DNA of 64,000 nucleotides from Octopus sinensis. Its lineage: Eukaryota. The stretch covers positions 7,502,001 to 7,566,000 of the forward strand of contig NC_043011.1 of the NCBI RefSeq assembly GCF_006345805.1. Reading direction: 5' to 3'. A program made the translations under genes and the position numbers. Below are positions 39,560 to 50,305 of the stretch, in pieces. The notes below the pieces were generated by a model. The model worked only from the letters and a program-made list of their open reading frames with translations. It ran no database searches and was not told the DNA's origin. The first letter of the stretch is position 1. Every line of letters starts with the position of its first letter.

Positions 39560-40980
39560 ACACTCCTTTCAGTTTTTTCAACTGAAATTCCTTTAAGGCC
39601 TTAAGGAGATTTCAGCAAATTGACCCCTGTATGTTTTTTTTTTCTTAAGCCTGCTCCTTATTCTGTTGGTCTCTTTTGCTGAACTGGTGAATTATGGGGG
39701 ACGTAAACACACCAACACCTGTCTAACAAATCCACTCACAATACTTTGGTCAGCCCTCGGCTGTATTAGAAGACACTTGCCCAAAGTGCCATGGCGTGGG
39801 ACTGAACCTGGGATCTTGTGGTTGGGAAGAAAGACTTCTTACCACACAGCCATGCATGCACCTATGGTTGTGTGTTGGCTTGCATTCATGCTCCATACAA
39901 GTCACTTTCTATGAGGAGTGTTATTGTTGTGGTTGTTGTTGTTGACATGAAAGATGAGGTCCTTTTAATCCTTTACTGGAAAAAAAAATGTCTCAATAAT
40001 GTATTCATATCATCATCAATAAGCGTCCGCTTTCCATGCTGGCATGGGTTGGACGGTTCAACTGGGGTCTGTGAAGCCAGAAGGCTGCACCAGGCTCCAG
40101 TCTGATCTGGCAGTGTTTCTACAGCTGGATGCTCTTCCTAACGCCAACCACTCCGTGAGTGTAGTGGGTGCTTTTTACATGCCACCCGCACAAGTGCCAG
40201 ACGGAGCTGGCAAACGGCCACGGACGGATGGTGCATTTTACGGGGGCAAGGCTGGCAACGGCCACGAACGGATGGAGCTTTTATGTGCCACCGGCACGGG
40301 GGCCAGGCGAGACTGGCAACGGCCACAAACGGATGATGCTATGTTCCACCGGCACGGGGGCCCAGGTGGGGCTGGCAACAGCCACGAATGGATGGTGCTT
40401 TTACGTGCCACCGGCATATATATATATATTGTCATCAACATCGTTTATCATCTGCTTTCCATGCTAGCATGGGTTGGACGATTTGACTAAGGACTGGCAA
40501 CCTGGATGGCTGCACCAGGCTCCAATCTTGATCTGGCAAAGTTTCTACAGCTGGATGCCCTTTCTAATGCCAACAATCCGAGAGTGTAGTGGGTGCTTTT
40601 TATGTGCCACCGGCGTTTGTGTGTGTGTGTGTGTTTGTCCCCCCACCATCACATAACAACCGATGCTGGTGTGTTCACATCCCCGTAACTTAATGGTTCG
40701 GCAAAAAGAGACCGATAGAATAAGTACTAGGCTTACAAAGAATAGGTACCGAGGTTCGATTTGTTCGACTAAAGGCAGTGCTCCAGCATGGCCACAGTCA
40801 AATTGACTGAAACAAATGAAAGAATCTAACTCATGCCAGCAAGGAAAAATGGACGTAAAACGGATGAATGAGTGAGCAAATGGTTAGGAAGCTTGCTTTT
40901 CAAGCACATAGTTGAAGGCTCAGCCTGCTATAAGCTTTGGGTCCGAGCAAAGCCTTGTGAATGGATGGGAGGGTGGGGCA

Positions 40981-41012
<32 letters not shown>

Positions 41013-42649
41013 TGTTTGTATTTCTTTTAATAGATGAGAGGGAAAACACACACTCACACACACAAAATTACAGATCATTACACATGGTTTCCTCGTTTGG
41101 GCTTTTAATCTCCATTTTACTTTTAGTCTGTTGTGTCTGGTCTTTGGGGGTTGATTCAAGCAGCAAATTGTGGAAAGATAGGGTCTTGACTTAAATACGG
41201 GGGCTGCAAAATGATAAGGTCAGCTCTTCCCTAAGGTCAAGCTAATCTGCCTCAGTTTGCAGTAATTAGTATTCCAAGAGACTCTTGTGACGGGAGCACG
41301 AATGGTTGGAGATGGAGGGGTGGGTGAGCGGAGGTCTTGGGAATCGGCCCAGCTGTTGGGAACAACACTGTTTCTCTCTCTCTCTCTCTTTGCTCTGTCC
41401 CCTTCTTTTGCTTTTCTTTGTCTGTCATCCTTTCCTCTTCTCTTCCCTCTTCTTTCTCTCCCTCTCTCTTTGATAGAGAGAATCACTTGAAGTAGACTTT
41501 ACATTGTTTACATCTTTGCAATTTCTGACATGTGACTGATGTGTGTCTCTCTCTCTCTCTCTTTCTCCCTTTCTGTGTGTGTGTATATATATGTGTGTAT
41601 GTATGTATAATATAATACACACTCGTCCAAACACTCAGATGCACTAATTCGAGGGCATGCATATTCAATTAACATAAAACGTTTTAAACCAACAAAAGAC
41701 CCTCTACATGGTTGTTTGACTTGCTAGAAATAACAGCCAAATCTCCTTCAAACCATGTTAAGGGGCAGTTGGATAATGTGGTCCTAGGTTCCCTGCATGT
41801 TGGAAAATGGCAGGATGGTCACAATTGGAAGGCTTTTGATCATAGGTCTCCTCAATTAAGGGACTAAGTGGATGATTTAGTAAAATTGATTTAATTCCTT
41901 TGGCATGATGATGATGATGTTTACCATTTCTCTTTGGTGAACCACCTTTGATACCCATCTGCCTGGGACCACCCTGGGTTCTGTGATAAAAAACTGTTTT
42001 AAAGTGATCCAAAAAAACCCACCATCAAAATTTCATGTCAGTTTATGTTCCAAACACTTCTTCATCATCATCATCATCATTTAACGTCTGCTTTCCATGC
42101 TAGCATGGGTTGGACGATTTTGACTAAGGGCTGGCGAACCAGATGGCTGCACCAGGCTCCAATCTTGATCTGGCAGAGTTTCTACTGCTTGATGCCCTTC
42201 CTAACGCCAACCACTCCGAGAGTGTAGTGCATGCTTTTTATGTGCCACCGGCACAGGTGCCAGTGAGGTGGTACTGGCAATGACCTCGCTCGAATCTTTT
42301 TACACATGCCACCGGCACAGGTGCCAGTAAGGCAACGTTGGTAACGATTACGCTCGAATGGTGCTCTTTTACATGCTAGCATGGGTTGGACGGTTCAACT
42401 GGGGGTCTGGGAAGCCCGAAGGCTGCACCAGGCCAGTTAGATCTAGCAGTGTTTCTACAGCTGGATGCCCTTCCTAACACCATTTGTGTTCTGTATTTAC
42501 TTTCTTGGCCTGACTTTCTAAATTCTTCAGGTTTTACCATTTTAACACACACATGCTTCAATGTTTTTCAGACTGTTTCTAATTCCTTGTTTTCGCTCTT
42601 TTCTACTTGCAGACATGCTGACCATTCTGAAGTGCTGTATGTTTTATAG
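3435..42649 (+). CDS. LAS1L: LAS1L-like ribosomal biogenesis HEPN endoribonuclease, 5'-partial gene model: join(3435..3578,4756..4828,7081..7191,8524..8637,10279..10361,13523..13608,17547..17753,19490..19607,22838..23001,26279..26356,29294..29432,42613..42649)
   Basis: All 12 exons have AG acceptors and the 11 internal ones have GT donors; phases chain into one frame (1354 nt, ~450 aa in window). Translation gives Las1-family motifs: [47 protein letters not shown] (HEPN RxxxxH), [35 protein letters not shown]. The N-terminus is outside the window. Confidence 0.9.
4090..4370 (-). mobile_element. tRNA-derived SINE (family D-related)
   Basis: Minus-strand head GGCACGTGGCCTAGTGATTAGAGCAGCGG; shares blocks with the 23263 element. 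Confidence 0.65.
4756..4828 (+). CDS. LAS1L: LAS1L exon ([24 protein letters not shown])
   Basis: Long pyrimidine tract + ttcag, GAG|gtcagt; completes the split Arg codon to give the conserved 'RF(I/V)N'. Confidence 0.9.
4905..5096. repeat. ~20-bp degenerate tandem repeat (GTGTATACATGTTGTATAAA)
   Basis: Roughly 9-10 imperfect units visible. Confidence 0.85.
5464..5708 (-). mobile_element. RTE-type LINE 3' fragment
   Basis: Minus-strand translation [48 protein letters not shown]...AMMDREV, then (GAT)n tail; truncates a family A SINE. Confidence 0.7.
5760..6030 (-). mobile_element. Degenerate Tc1/mariner-superfamily transposase C-terminal fragment
   Basis: Minus strand reads PMDYYV*GMVEKDT...[11 protein letters not shown] / [11 protein letters not shown] with stops and frameshifts. 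Confidence 0.5.
6168..6510 (+). mobile_element. CR1/L2-group LINE 3' end
   Basis: [33 protein letters not shown]...SFK, 3'UTR and (ATT)n tail; second copy at 12136-12472. Confidence 0.85.
6625..6983 (-). mobile_element. SINE family A copy lacking its head
   Basis: Body and tail match the 56753-57158 copy. Confidence 0.8.
7081..7191 (+). CDS. LAS1L: LAS1L exon containing HEPN catalytic motif RHSATH (7111-7128)
   Basis: ttattcacag acceptor, CAG|gttggt donor; [22 protein letters not shown]. Confidence 0.93.
8524..8637 (+). CDS. LAS1L: LAS1L exon ([12 protein letters not shown]...DYQQCQFE)
   Basis: ttttcag acceptor, GAA|gtaaga donor, phase 0/0; continues 'L..L...YW/FW..Q' pattern of Las1. Confidence 0.87.
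8702..9279 (-). mobile_element. Internally deleted Tc1-like element with ~44-bp TIRs
   Basis: TIRs CACAGACATGCAGGAAGTAAATAGACAC.TTTAATTTTCAAAA at both ends; minus ORF 9129-8749 [20 protein letters not shown]...RPGRP...ARRKPLL (HTH region only, one TGA). Confidence 0.88.
9925..10140. mobile_element. Penelope-like inverted terminal remnant: 70-bp-arm hairpin (9925-9994/10001-10070) with hammerhead-like motifs
   Basis: Near-perfect inverted repeat in a (TA)n context; degenerate third copy at 9481-9550. Confidence 0.7.
10279..10361 (+). CDS. LAS1L: LAS1L exon ([27 protein letters not shown])
   Basis: ttttttctag acceptor, AA|gtaagt donor; phase 0 to 2 bridges the neighbouring exons. Confidence 0.8.
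12136..12472 (+). mobile_element. CR1/L2-group LINE 3' end, second copy
   Basis: Highly similar to 6168-6510. Confidence 0.85.
13523..13608 (+). CDS. LAS1L: LAS1L exon ([28 protein letters not shown])
   Basis: tctttcag acceptor, G|gtaggg donor; resembles vertebrate LAS1L 'DGFLVPTFEQLAAL' (recalled). Confidence 0.88.
13770..16100 (-). mobile_element. Cluster of at least 7 family B SINE copies/fragments separated by (AAT)n, with interleaved family C elements
   Basis: Repeated AAGGCCTGAAATTT...GAAAGGATGAAAGGCAAAGTCRACCT...ATTTGAACTCAGAA. Confidence 0.75.
16921..17142. mobile_element. piggyBac-like MITE
   Basis: TTAA on both sides (16917-16920, 17143-17146); TIRs CCCTTTTGTTACC / GGTATCAAAAGGG. 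Confidence 0.8.
17220..17497. repeat. CT-rich polypyrimidine low-complexity tract
   Basis: (CT)n-derived. Confidence 0.95.
17547..17753 (+). CDS. LAS1L: LAS1L exon ([25 protein letters not shown]...[12 protein letters not shown])
   Basis: ttttgcag acceptor, A|gtatgt donor, phase 1/1; 'QFW.P.L..LH' motif. Confidence 0.87.
17765..18530. repeat. CT-rich polypyrimidine low-complexity tract
   Basis: (CT)n-derived, with CCTACCTTCC/CCTGCC subunits. Confidence 0.95.
19490..19607 (+). CDS. LAS1L: LAS1L exon ([38 protein letters not shown])
   Basis: ctctttctttcag acceptor, TG|gtgagt donor, phase 1/2. Confidence 0.85.
19921..21498 (+). mobile_element. Two tandem near-identical 5'-truncated RTE-like LINE 3' ends (19921-20690, 20732-21498)
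   Basis: [35 protein letters not shown] end, subrepeat-rich 3'UTR, (GAT)n tail; each flanked by (TA)n. Confidence 0.85.
22838..23001 (+). CDS. LAS1L: LAS1L exon ([27 protein letters not shown]...GYHTVD)
   Basis: gatacag acceptor, G|gtaagt donor, phase 2/1, open frame. Confidence 0.83.
23263..23645 (+). mobile_element. Full-length tRNA-derived SINE (family D) with target-site duplication
   Basis: Head GGAGGCGCAATGGCCCAGTGGTTAG...GGTTTCGATTCCC; TSD CCATT(T)GATGCTT(T)AAAAAGT at 23242-23262 and 23646-23664; older relatives at 25215-25540 and 60703-60930. Confidence 0.85.
23830..24363 (+). mobile_element. RTE-like 3' end (family C)
   Basis: Begins GTTGGGCCTCACAGAGGCAATGA; ends GGACGTTAAACGATGAT. 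Confidence 0.75.
24365..24779 (-). mobile_element. SINE family A, full length
   Basis: (CTCTTTTA)n tail through to CACAGCCACTCCTG head. Confidence 0.85.
26279..26356 (+). CDS. LAS1L: LAS1L exon ([25 protein letters not shown])
   Basis: ttttctcctttccag acceptor, G|gtaatt donor, phase 1/1. Confidence 0.82.
26482..26584. repeat. 33-bp tandem repeat x3 (AATCTGTTCCCTAAATTTGTTCACTACAGCAGA)
   Basis: Three visible units. Confidence 0.9.
26996..27590. mobile_element. Head-to-head inverted pair of a tRNA-headed element with hammerhead-like tail (arms 26996-27189 and 27341-27590)
   Basis: Arms are diverged reverse complements; A-box TGGCRTAGTGG and B-box-like GAGTTTGATTCC; CTGATGA at 27498. Confidence 0.7.
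29294..29432 (+). CDS. LAS1L: LAS1L exon ([15 protein letters not shown]...[17 protein letters not shown])
   Basis: cctctttctcag acceptor; C-terminal 'W....W....LG..P' Las1 tail motif; ends GC|gtaagt (or in-frame GCG TAA, stop 29434-29436); PAKKRR NLS-like motif at 29383-29400. Confidence 0.86.
29717..39140. repeat. 42-bp tandem minisatellite array, ~224 copies (consensus TTGAGTGTTGGGCCTCAGGGAGGCAAGGTGGCTGAGTTCCTT)
   Basis: Directly visible head-to-tail monomers with a few recurring variants (TTCAAG, CCCCGTGG, AAAGTG, GAGAGCTG). Confidence 0.99.
39140..39462 (+). mobile_element. Family C element 3' portion continuing directly out of the 42-bp array
   Basis: GTGGCTGAGACCTTTG...CTTGAGAAGACCCG...GATGTTAAACAATGATGATG; its 5' part is at 29655-29716. 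Confidence 0.75.
42613..42649 (+). CDS. LAS1L: Probable LAS1L terminal coding exon ([11 protein letters not shown])
   Basis: Strong acceptor ttgttttcgctcttttctacttgcag; phase matches the phase-2 donor at 29433; TAG at 42647-42649; ATTAAA at 42682; unique sequence amid repeats. Confidence 0.6.
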
Positions 42650-43533
42650 AGAAAAGCTCTTCACTTTTAAAATTCAGTCTCATTAAACTTTCTTTACTAG
42701 TTTGATATTGTGTCTGTCTGTCTGTCTTTCTTTTTTCAATTTTTCTCTTTTTGGTGGGAAATATTCATTTCAAATTTTGGCACAAGGCCTGCAATTTAAA
42801 GGGACAGGCTAAGTTGATTACATTGACCCCAGTATTCAACTGGTAGTTATTTTATTGTAAGGCGGCAAGCTGGCAAAAACGTTAGCACGCCGGGTGAAAT
42901 GCTTAGCGGTATTTCGTCTGCGTTACGTTGTGAGTTCACATTCCGCTGAGGTCGACTTTGCCTTTCATCCTTTCAGGGTCGATAAATTAAGTACCAGTTA
43001 TGCACTGGGGTCGATGTAATCGACTTAATACCTATGTCTGTCCTTGTTTGTCCCCTCTGTGTTTAGCCCCTTGTAGGTAATAAAGAAATAGGTAGTTATT
43101 TTATTGATCCTGAAGGGATGAAAAGTAAAGTCGACCTTGGTAGAATTTGAACTCAGAACATGAGGACTGACGAAATGCTGTGAAGCATTTTGCCCAACAC
43201 TGTATCAGTTCTGCCAGCTCACTGCTTATGGTGGGAATTAGTTGTTTTAAAGTAACCTTTTTATCTTTTAGTTAGGAGGTTAAAGCAGTAGCCATGATCC
43301 TTTACAGGGTCTCTCAGTCTGGCTGGCATGCATGAATGCTACACTTCATATATTTCTAGACAGGGCTGGATTAAGGCCCTAATCACTTAAAAAAATTTTG
43401 GTGCCCCCACAAAAGATTATGTAATTCAAAATATCAAATAATAACAAAGCATAAAATAAATTTTTATTTTTCAAAACGAAACCAAACAGTAATGGGGAAA
43501 ATAATGTTTATTTTTGTATACTTCCACTTATAC

Positions 43534-43912
43534 GCAGGAGTGGCTGTGTGGTAAGTAGCTTGTTTACCAACCACATGGTTCCGGGTTCAGTCCCACTACG
43601 TGGCACCTTAGGCAGGTGTCTTCTTCTATAGCCTCGGGCCGACCAATACCTTGTGAGTGGATTTGGTAGATGGAAACTGAAAGAAGCCTGTCGTATATAT
43701 GCATATATGTGTGTGTGTGTTTGTCCCCCTAGCATTGATTGACAACCGACGCTGGTGTGTTTATGTCCCTGTTACTTAGCGGTTCGGCAAAAGAGACTGA
43801 TAGAATAAGTACTGGGCTTACAAAAGAATAAGTCCCGGGGTCGAGTTGCTCGATTTAAGGCGGTGCTCCAGCATGGCCGCAGTCAAATGACTGAAACAAG
43901 TAAAAGAGAGTC
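43534..43912 (+). mobile_element. SINE family A, full length
   Basis: GCAGGAGTGGCTGTGTGGTAAG head to AAGTAAAAGAG tail. Confidence 0.85.
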
Positions 43913-44478
43913 TTATGATTAATCTTAGGTAACACATCTGCATCTATACTTAATAGAGATAGAGGCATCCTGGATATTATCTTAGCAAGTTTAAAGTGAT
44001 TTCTTTTGTGCCGTAGACCATTTACCATTTCTTTGGTACCCTCACCTTCCCTTGATGCTCTAAGCACGTGCTTATTTTGCTTAATGGTTAATCCAGCGCT
44101 GCTTCCAGACTCTGATGGTGAGTTTAGTTGCTACAGGTGCTGTGTTACAGGTTTGTGTATTATTCTCAGTATTTAGAGATACGTATGAGTGGTAGGGCAG
44201 TGGATTGACTTTCCTTGAACCCCTGAGCCATGGCAGTTGACTGGTTGAAAGAGGGGTCACTGAATGCAGTGGGAAAGTGGATGAAGGCTATGAGGAGAAG
44301 TTGGAGTTGTGAGGGAGGAAGAGGGGTGGTGTGGAGGTGAGATGGGTTTTAAGACATTCAACTGACTTTGGTTGTTGGTTGGTTTGTATTAATGCAAAAG
44401 GGACTTTTCAGTCATGTGTATACATTTATATACACAAGCTGTAAGTATTGAAGTTAAATGCATTCATTAACAAATTAG

Positions 44479-44872
44479 GCACAGGTGTGGCTGTGTGGTA
44501 AGAAGCTTGCTTACCAACCACATGGTTCCGGGTTCAGTCCCACTGCGTGGCACCTTGGGCAAATGTCTTCTACTATAGCTTCGGGCCGACCAATGCCTTG
44601 TGAGTGGATTTGGTTGACGGAAACTGAAAGAAGCCTGTCGTATATATGTATATATATATATATATATGTGTGTGCGTGTATGTTTGTGTGTCTGTGCTTG
44701 ACAACCGATGCTGGTGTGTTTACGTCCCCGTTACTTAGCGGTTCTGCAAAAGATACCGATAGAAGAAGTACTGGGCTTACAAAGAATAAGTCCCGGGGTT
44801 GAGTTGCTTGACTAAAGGCGGTGCTCCAGCATGGCCGCAGTCAAATGACGGAAACAAGTAAAAGAGTAAAAC
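44479..44872 (+). mobile_element. SINE family A, full length
   Basis: Same structure as 43534-43912. Confidence 0.85.
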
Positions 44873-45304
44873 AGTAAATTGACTCAATCCCTGGATATCT
44901 GGAAGTTTTGCAGATATGAAATTGTGCCCATCTCAGATGCCTTGTGTTAAAGTGGCCAGAAATAAATCTGATTCTAAAGAAAAAAATTGTTGGTGATCTC
45001 CGTTGGTTAAATCATATTGCATGTTGGAATTGATGGCAACCACAGATGTCCTTGTTAGTTCTTTTTTTCTTTTTTGTTCCACATGGTAGAAAGAACAGTC
45101 CTGTGGTGCCAGTCGGTCTGTGGAACTTGACAGGCAACATTGAATCTGATGTGTTTGCAACGTCAAATAGAACCGAATGTTTATTGCATCATGTTTTCTT
45201 GATGGTGTCTCATGCAAAAATAGTGTTTAATGTGTTTTGGACTGGGTGCCACTGGTGGTAGTAATCTTGTTATGAGCAAGGGTCGTCTATCCTGTATACT
45301 CTAT

Positions 45305-45713
45305 ACTCTTTTACTTGTTTCAGTCATTTGACTGTGGCCATGCTGGAGTACCACCTTTAATCGAGCAACTCGACCTGGGACTTATTCTTTGTAAGCCCAG
45401 TACTTATTCTGTCGGGCTCTTTTGCCGAACCACTAAGTGATGGGGACATAAACACCAGCATCGGTTGTCAAGCAATACTAGGGGGACAAACACACACGCA
45501 CATATATATATATATTATATATATATATATATATAATATATATATATATACGACGGGCTTCTTTCAGTTTCCGTCTACCAAATCCACTCACAAGGCTTTG
45601 GTCGGCCCGAGGCTATAGTAGAAGACACTTGCCCAAGGTGCCACGCAGTGGGACTGAACCTGGAACCATGTGGTTGGTAAGCAAGCTACTTACCACACAG
45701 CCACTCCTGCGCC
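45305..45713 (-). mobile_element. SINE family A, full length
   Basis: Same structure, reverse orientation. Confidence 0.85.
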
Positions 45714-45933
45714 TGTGCACATTGGCTGAAGTTCAACAAGGCATTTCTTTGATGGCAACAATACAAAGGGTCAGTTGTCTTGTCGATGGATATATAAGGC
45801 TGTAGCAGTAAATTCAGTTCTTCACGAAGGCAGGGTTATCAGGTTTAATGCCAGGGGATTATTGTGAAGCTCTGTTACCAAGGATACTCCCTTTTGATGT
45901 TGGATAAGTCTAATTGCTTTTGTTTTTGGTTTC

Positions 45934-46253
45934 AGAGTGGTACTCAACCAGGGTCTATATGGCTCCTGGGGTTCCAGACAACAAAATAGTAAATTGGGGA
46001 TCCACAGGAGTATTTTAAGGACCCTTAAAAAAATTTTGCATTAGATGTATGTATATATATGTGTTGCAAGAAACAGCTAGGTTCCTTTCTCAAACACTTT
46101 ACATAGTTCAACCTACACAAGTTAATGTGTAAAAGCATCAATAAATAAACTTTCTATAAAACTAGTTTTTAAACATCGACTGGGTATTAGGGTCCACCAG
46201 AATAAAATAGCAATCAAAGGGGTCCATAGATAAAAAATAGTTGAGAACTCTTG
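45934..46253. mobile_element. Degenerate hAT-type MITE
   Basis: Ends CAGAGTGGTACTCAACC / GTTGAGAACTCTTG with GGGTCC subterminal motifs. Confidence 0.5.
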
Positions 46254-47112
46254 CTCTAGATGAAGAGAGACGTGAAGTTTTACCTGGCCCAGCATCTGAA
46301 GGAATGCCTGTGCTACACAGATCTTTCTTTGAAGTCATTGGTTGTTAGGCTCGCATAGTTTTTTTAGGGATACCATCGAGTGGCTCTATGGACCATAATT
46401 TTTCAGAAACAGGTTTATCCTAGTGAAGAGATAGTAGGATTTTAGCAGTTACAGAATTGGTGAATGAAGTGGGGATCCCATCTAATTCTTTCAACGAATT
46501 ACTCTCTTGCTGAAATTATCCATACAATACCATGAATTTCACATTCCGCCCTCAGACATGTTGAGCCGTATACACCCTCCACACACACACTCAGACGAAT
46601 CTTCAATTGGAAATTAGTTGTGTGTAACCAATACAGAGTCCTCTTTGTTCCAACATGGCGCAAGAAAATGACAGAGACAAGTAAAAAATAGGGATAAACG
46701 ACATAAATTTTGATGCAAACAATAAATGTGGTTCTTAAGCTTTCTTACCTATGGACCCCTCTGATAACTATTTTACTAGGGGCAGGGGTACACTTATAGC
46801 CATTCGATGTTTAAGAATTCCTATAATTAAATATTATTAGAAATTGTCCCCAAAATGTTTAGATATTATGTATAGGGTAGACATATAACCAGATTATTGC
46901 ACATAAATTTAAAGAGAAAAGCCTTCTGCGGATCCCGGTTGAGAATCCCTGCAATAAATGTTGAAGTGAAGTTAACGGTCCTATATATATATCAGAGAGG
47001 TCATGTGCCTTCAGCCATTTGAATGTGACGAGTCGCCTCTACTGATGAGCGCTTTATAGGTGCGAAACCGGTGGTCACTCTAGAATAGGCCAAGACTTTT
47101 CTCTTCCTCGTA

Positions 47113-47508
47113 TTCTTTTACTTGTTTCAGTCATCTGGCTGGCACCATACTGGAGCACTGCCTTAAAAGGTCTTTTAGTCGAAGAAATAGACCCCAGGAC
47201 TTATTCTTTGAAAGCCTAGTACTTATTCTATCGGTGTCTTTTGCCGAACCGCTAAGTTACGGGGATGTAAACACCAACATCGGTTGTCAAGCGATGGTGG
47301 GTCGGAGGACAAATATAGACACACAAACACACACACATATATATGCGACGGGCTTCTCTCAGTTTCCGTCTACTAAATCTACTCACAAGGCTTTGGTCGG
47401 CCCGAGGCTATAGTAGAAGACACTTGCCCAAGGTGCCACGCAGTGGGACTGAACCCGGAACCATGTGGTTGGGAAGCAATCTTCTTACCACACAGCTACA
47501 CCTGTGCC
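47113..47508 (-). mobile_element. SINE family A
   Basis: Same structure as other family A copies. Confidence 0.82.
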
Positions 47509-47625
47509 TATGTATATATATATTACTAAAAGAATTGTGTTTTAGTCTATTTTCTAACAGAATCTATTTTTAGAAAATTTAGGATTAGTTTTTACTAAAT
47601 TGAATTGGCAAGATTGCTCGTGTGA

Positions 47626-47679
<54 letters not shown>

Positions 47680-48513
47680 ATCTGACCGCTAGGTTGTTTA
47701 GCACGGTGGTGAGAGAGGTGCTGTGTGGTTACGGTGTTGGTCTCACGGGCCACATCAATCTAAACGTAGGGACTGGACGGTTGTTAAGACGATCCCTTGC
47801 CACGTGGTTAAAGGACAGCATTCTCCAAACTGGATCCCGACCCTTCAGTGGGTCACGAGATAAATAAAATGGGTCGCGACAAAAAAGGAGGAAAGAAGAA
47901 AAAAAAAACCGCAAGTGGGTGCAAAGTGCAGACTATCCAAAAGACATCCAAAGTGCTGCGCAACAGGAACGATCGTGGCACCGTTTGGTTGCGAAGCGAA
48001 CGTCTTGACCACACAGCTATCCCTACCCCTAAAAAGTCATTGATCACAGGACTGCTGGACGGGATCTGATTTGGGGCTAAGAAGCAACCATTACCTCCAA
48101 TCGTTTATAAACTACAGTCTGGAGAAGTATAATGTTGTTTAACTCCAGATCAACACTAGCCAATCCAGCCGTGTCCATCCCGTATTTTTTCTATTGCCCA
48201 GGGAATTTGGAGCTACATAATTCAGAGTCCTTTTCAAAGATGGTTGGGTGTCAGGGGTTTAAGGGAGATTTGGTTGCTATTTCTTGTAGGTCGAGTGACC
48301 TCGTGGAAGTTTTTACTTGCAAGACAGCAATAATGGTAATAGTAGTAGTAGTAGTAGTAGTAATAATATCATCATCATCATCATCTAACGTCCGCTTTCC
48401 ATTCTGGTATGGCTTGGATGGTTTGACAGGAACTTATCAGCTGTCCAGGTTCCATTTATCTATTTTGGCATAGTTTCTACGGCCGGATGCCTTTCCTAAC
48501 GCCAACCTCTTCA

Positions 48514-49712
48514 TGGAGTGTACTGGGCTGGAATCATAAACTGGCAAAAGAAAGAACTGAAGACTATGGATACGAAGATAAGAAAAATATTGACAGTGCT
48601 CGGAGCCTTCAAACCTAAGAGTGACACTGACAGGCTGTACTTGTCCACGCGAAAGTGTGGGAGAGGTTTGACCAGAAGCAAAGATTGTATCGAAGCAGAA
48701 GAAAACATCTTAGGGGGTGGGAGTATGTAAAAAATAACGTGTAACCATTTTTGGAACATGTGAGGAGGTCCGGCGTCAGAAAAATTGATAATGGTGTAAA
48801 GAAAGAAAAGCTGAAAGAGGAAAAGAACACACACACACACAAAAAGAAAGAAAGAGCATGGAAGGAGAAAAAAATAATGTACGGTCAGTTTGCAAGAGAT
48901 ATGAACGCCAAGTCAGATACAGAAGACCGGTGGCTGTGGATGAGAAAGAGTGACCTAAAGATAGAGACAAGCACTTATATGCGCAGCACAAGATCAAGCG
49001 TTAAGGACCAACTATGTGAAGAGCAGAATCGATTACACTACCTAGAGCGACAAATGCAGAATGTGTGGTGAGAAGAGTGAAATGGTATGGCACATCGTTA
49101 GCGAATGTACGAAATCAGAACAACGCGAATATAGAAGATGCTATGACAATGTGGTAAGAATGATCATCCATTGGGAGCTCTGTAGAAATCACGGCCTACA
49201 AAGAGCAAAGACATGGTATGAGAAAACTCTGGAAGGAGACACCGAAAACGAGAACTGAAGAATCCTGTGGGATGAAATGATCCAGTGCGATCACCTGACC
49301 AGACATCAGAAACCGGACATTGTTGTGGAGAATAAAAAAGAAAGAGCTTGCATGATAATCGACATAGTATGCCCCGGTGACCACCAGATGAAAGAGAAAG
49401 AAGGAAAAATAAACAACTACGCCAATTTAAAGTGGGAAATACGAAGGTTGTGGTTAATGAAGAGAGTAGACGTGATACCAGTTGTAATTGGCGCAGTTGG
49501 AAGTATCAGCACTCAACTACCAACATGGCTGAGAAAGATCGGTGCAAATGTGAAGGTGGAACACCTACAAAAATCAGTATTGATTAGAACTGCAAGAATT
49601 CTTCGCAGGATTCTTCAAGCATTACCAGTAAACAAGTGTCACCTTAGTCTGCTGGCTGTGGACAGCTGACACTTTCCATCATACCCAGTAAAACAAGCTG
49701 TGAGTTTTCATA
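48514..49712 (+). mobile_element. 5'-truncated, frameshifted R4/Dong-like non-LTR retrotransposon (restriction-like endonuclease)
   Basis: RLYL.....GRGL, CAAQDQAL, CCHC knuckle CRMC...HIVSEC, ILWD..IQCD....KPDIVV, IIDI.CPGD, PVVIGAVG; ends at (ACA)n/(AAT)n. Confidence 0.88.
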
Positions 49713-49740
49713 CAACAACAACAACAGCAACAACAACAAC

Positions 49741-49780
<40 letters not shown>

Positions 49781-49783
<3 letters not shown>

Positions 49784-50305
49784 GCCCTGATGCAGTACCA
49801 GGCAGTGGCTCTCATGGCTTCTGATCTTAACTGATTGGAAGTGTCATCATGTACATTGTTTTGTCTTGGCATAAAAGATGGGCTACAGCAAATATTCTGC
49901 TCAATACCACAGATTTGCTTGTCAGTTGTTTGACCGTAACCAGTTGAGCATGTCCCTTGGTGGCTGACAGTATGTGCATCTCTGATCACGAGCAGAAGTA
50001 GTCGGGGAGCATCATAGCCATGTGTTGAGAGGGATTCTTTGGGGTTTAAATAATTCACCTCTGGGAACATGGGTGTTTAGTTCAACATCCTTAAACAATC
50101 CTTATTCAGGGACCTTTTGAGCGAGATGGGTTACTCAACCAGAAGAAAATTCTAACTGGGCCCCACCTGCAAGGTCATGTGTTGTTTATCTTGATATGAG
50201 ATCACCATGTCGCGCACATATCAGACGGGTAGTCATGATGTGTATACTGGGCTTCGTATATTGTACCCCAGTGTCGCTTTGATGGCATGCACTGTTCTCT
50301 CACTC
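49781..50305. mobile_element. Unclassified ~520-bp insert bounded by (AAT)n on both sides
   Basis: Complex sequence between two AAT microsatellites, adjacent to the R4/Dong copy. Confidence 0.5.
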
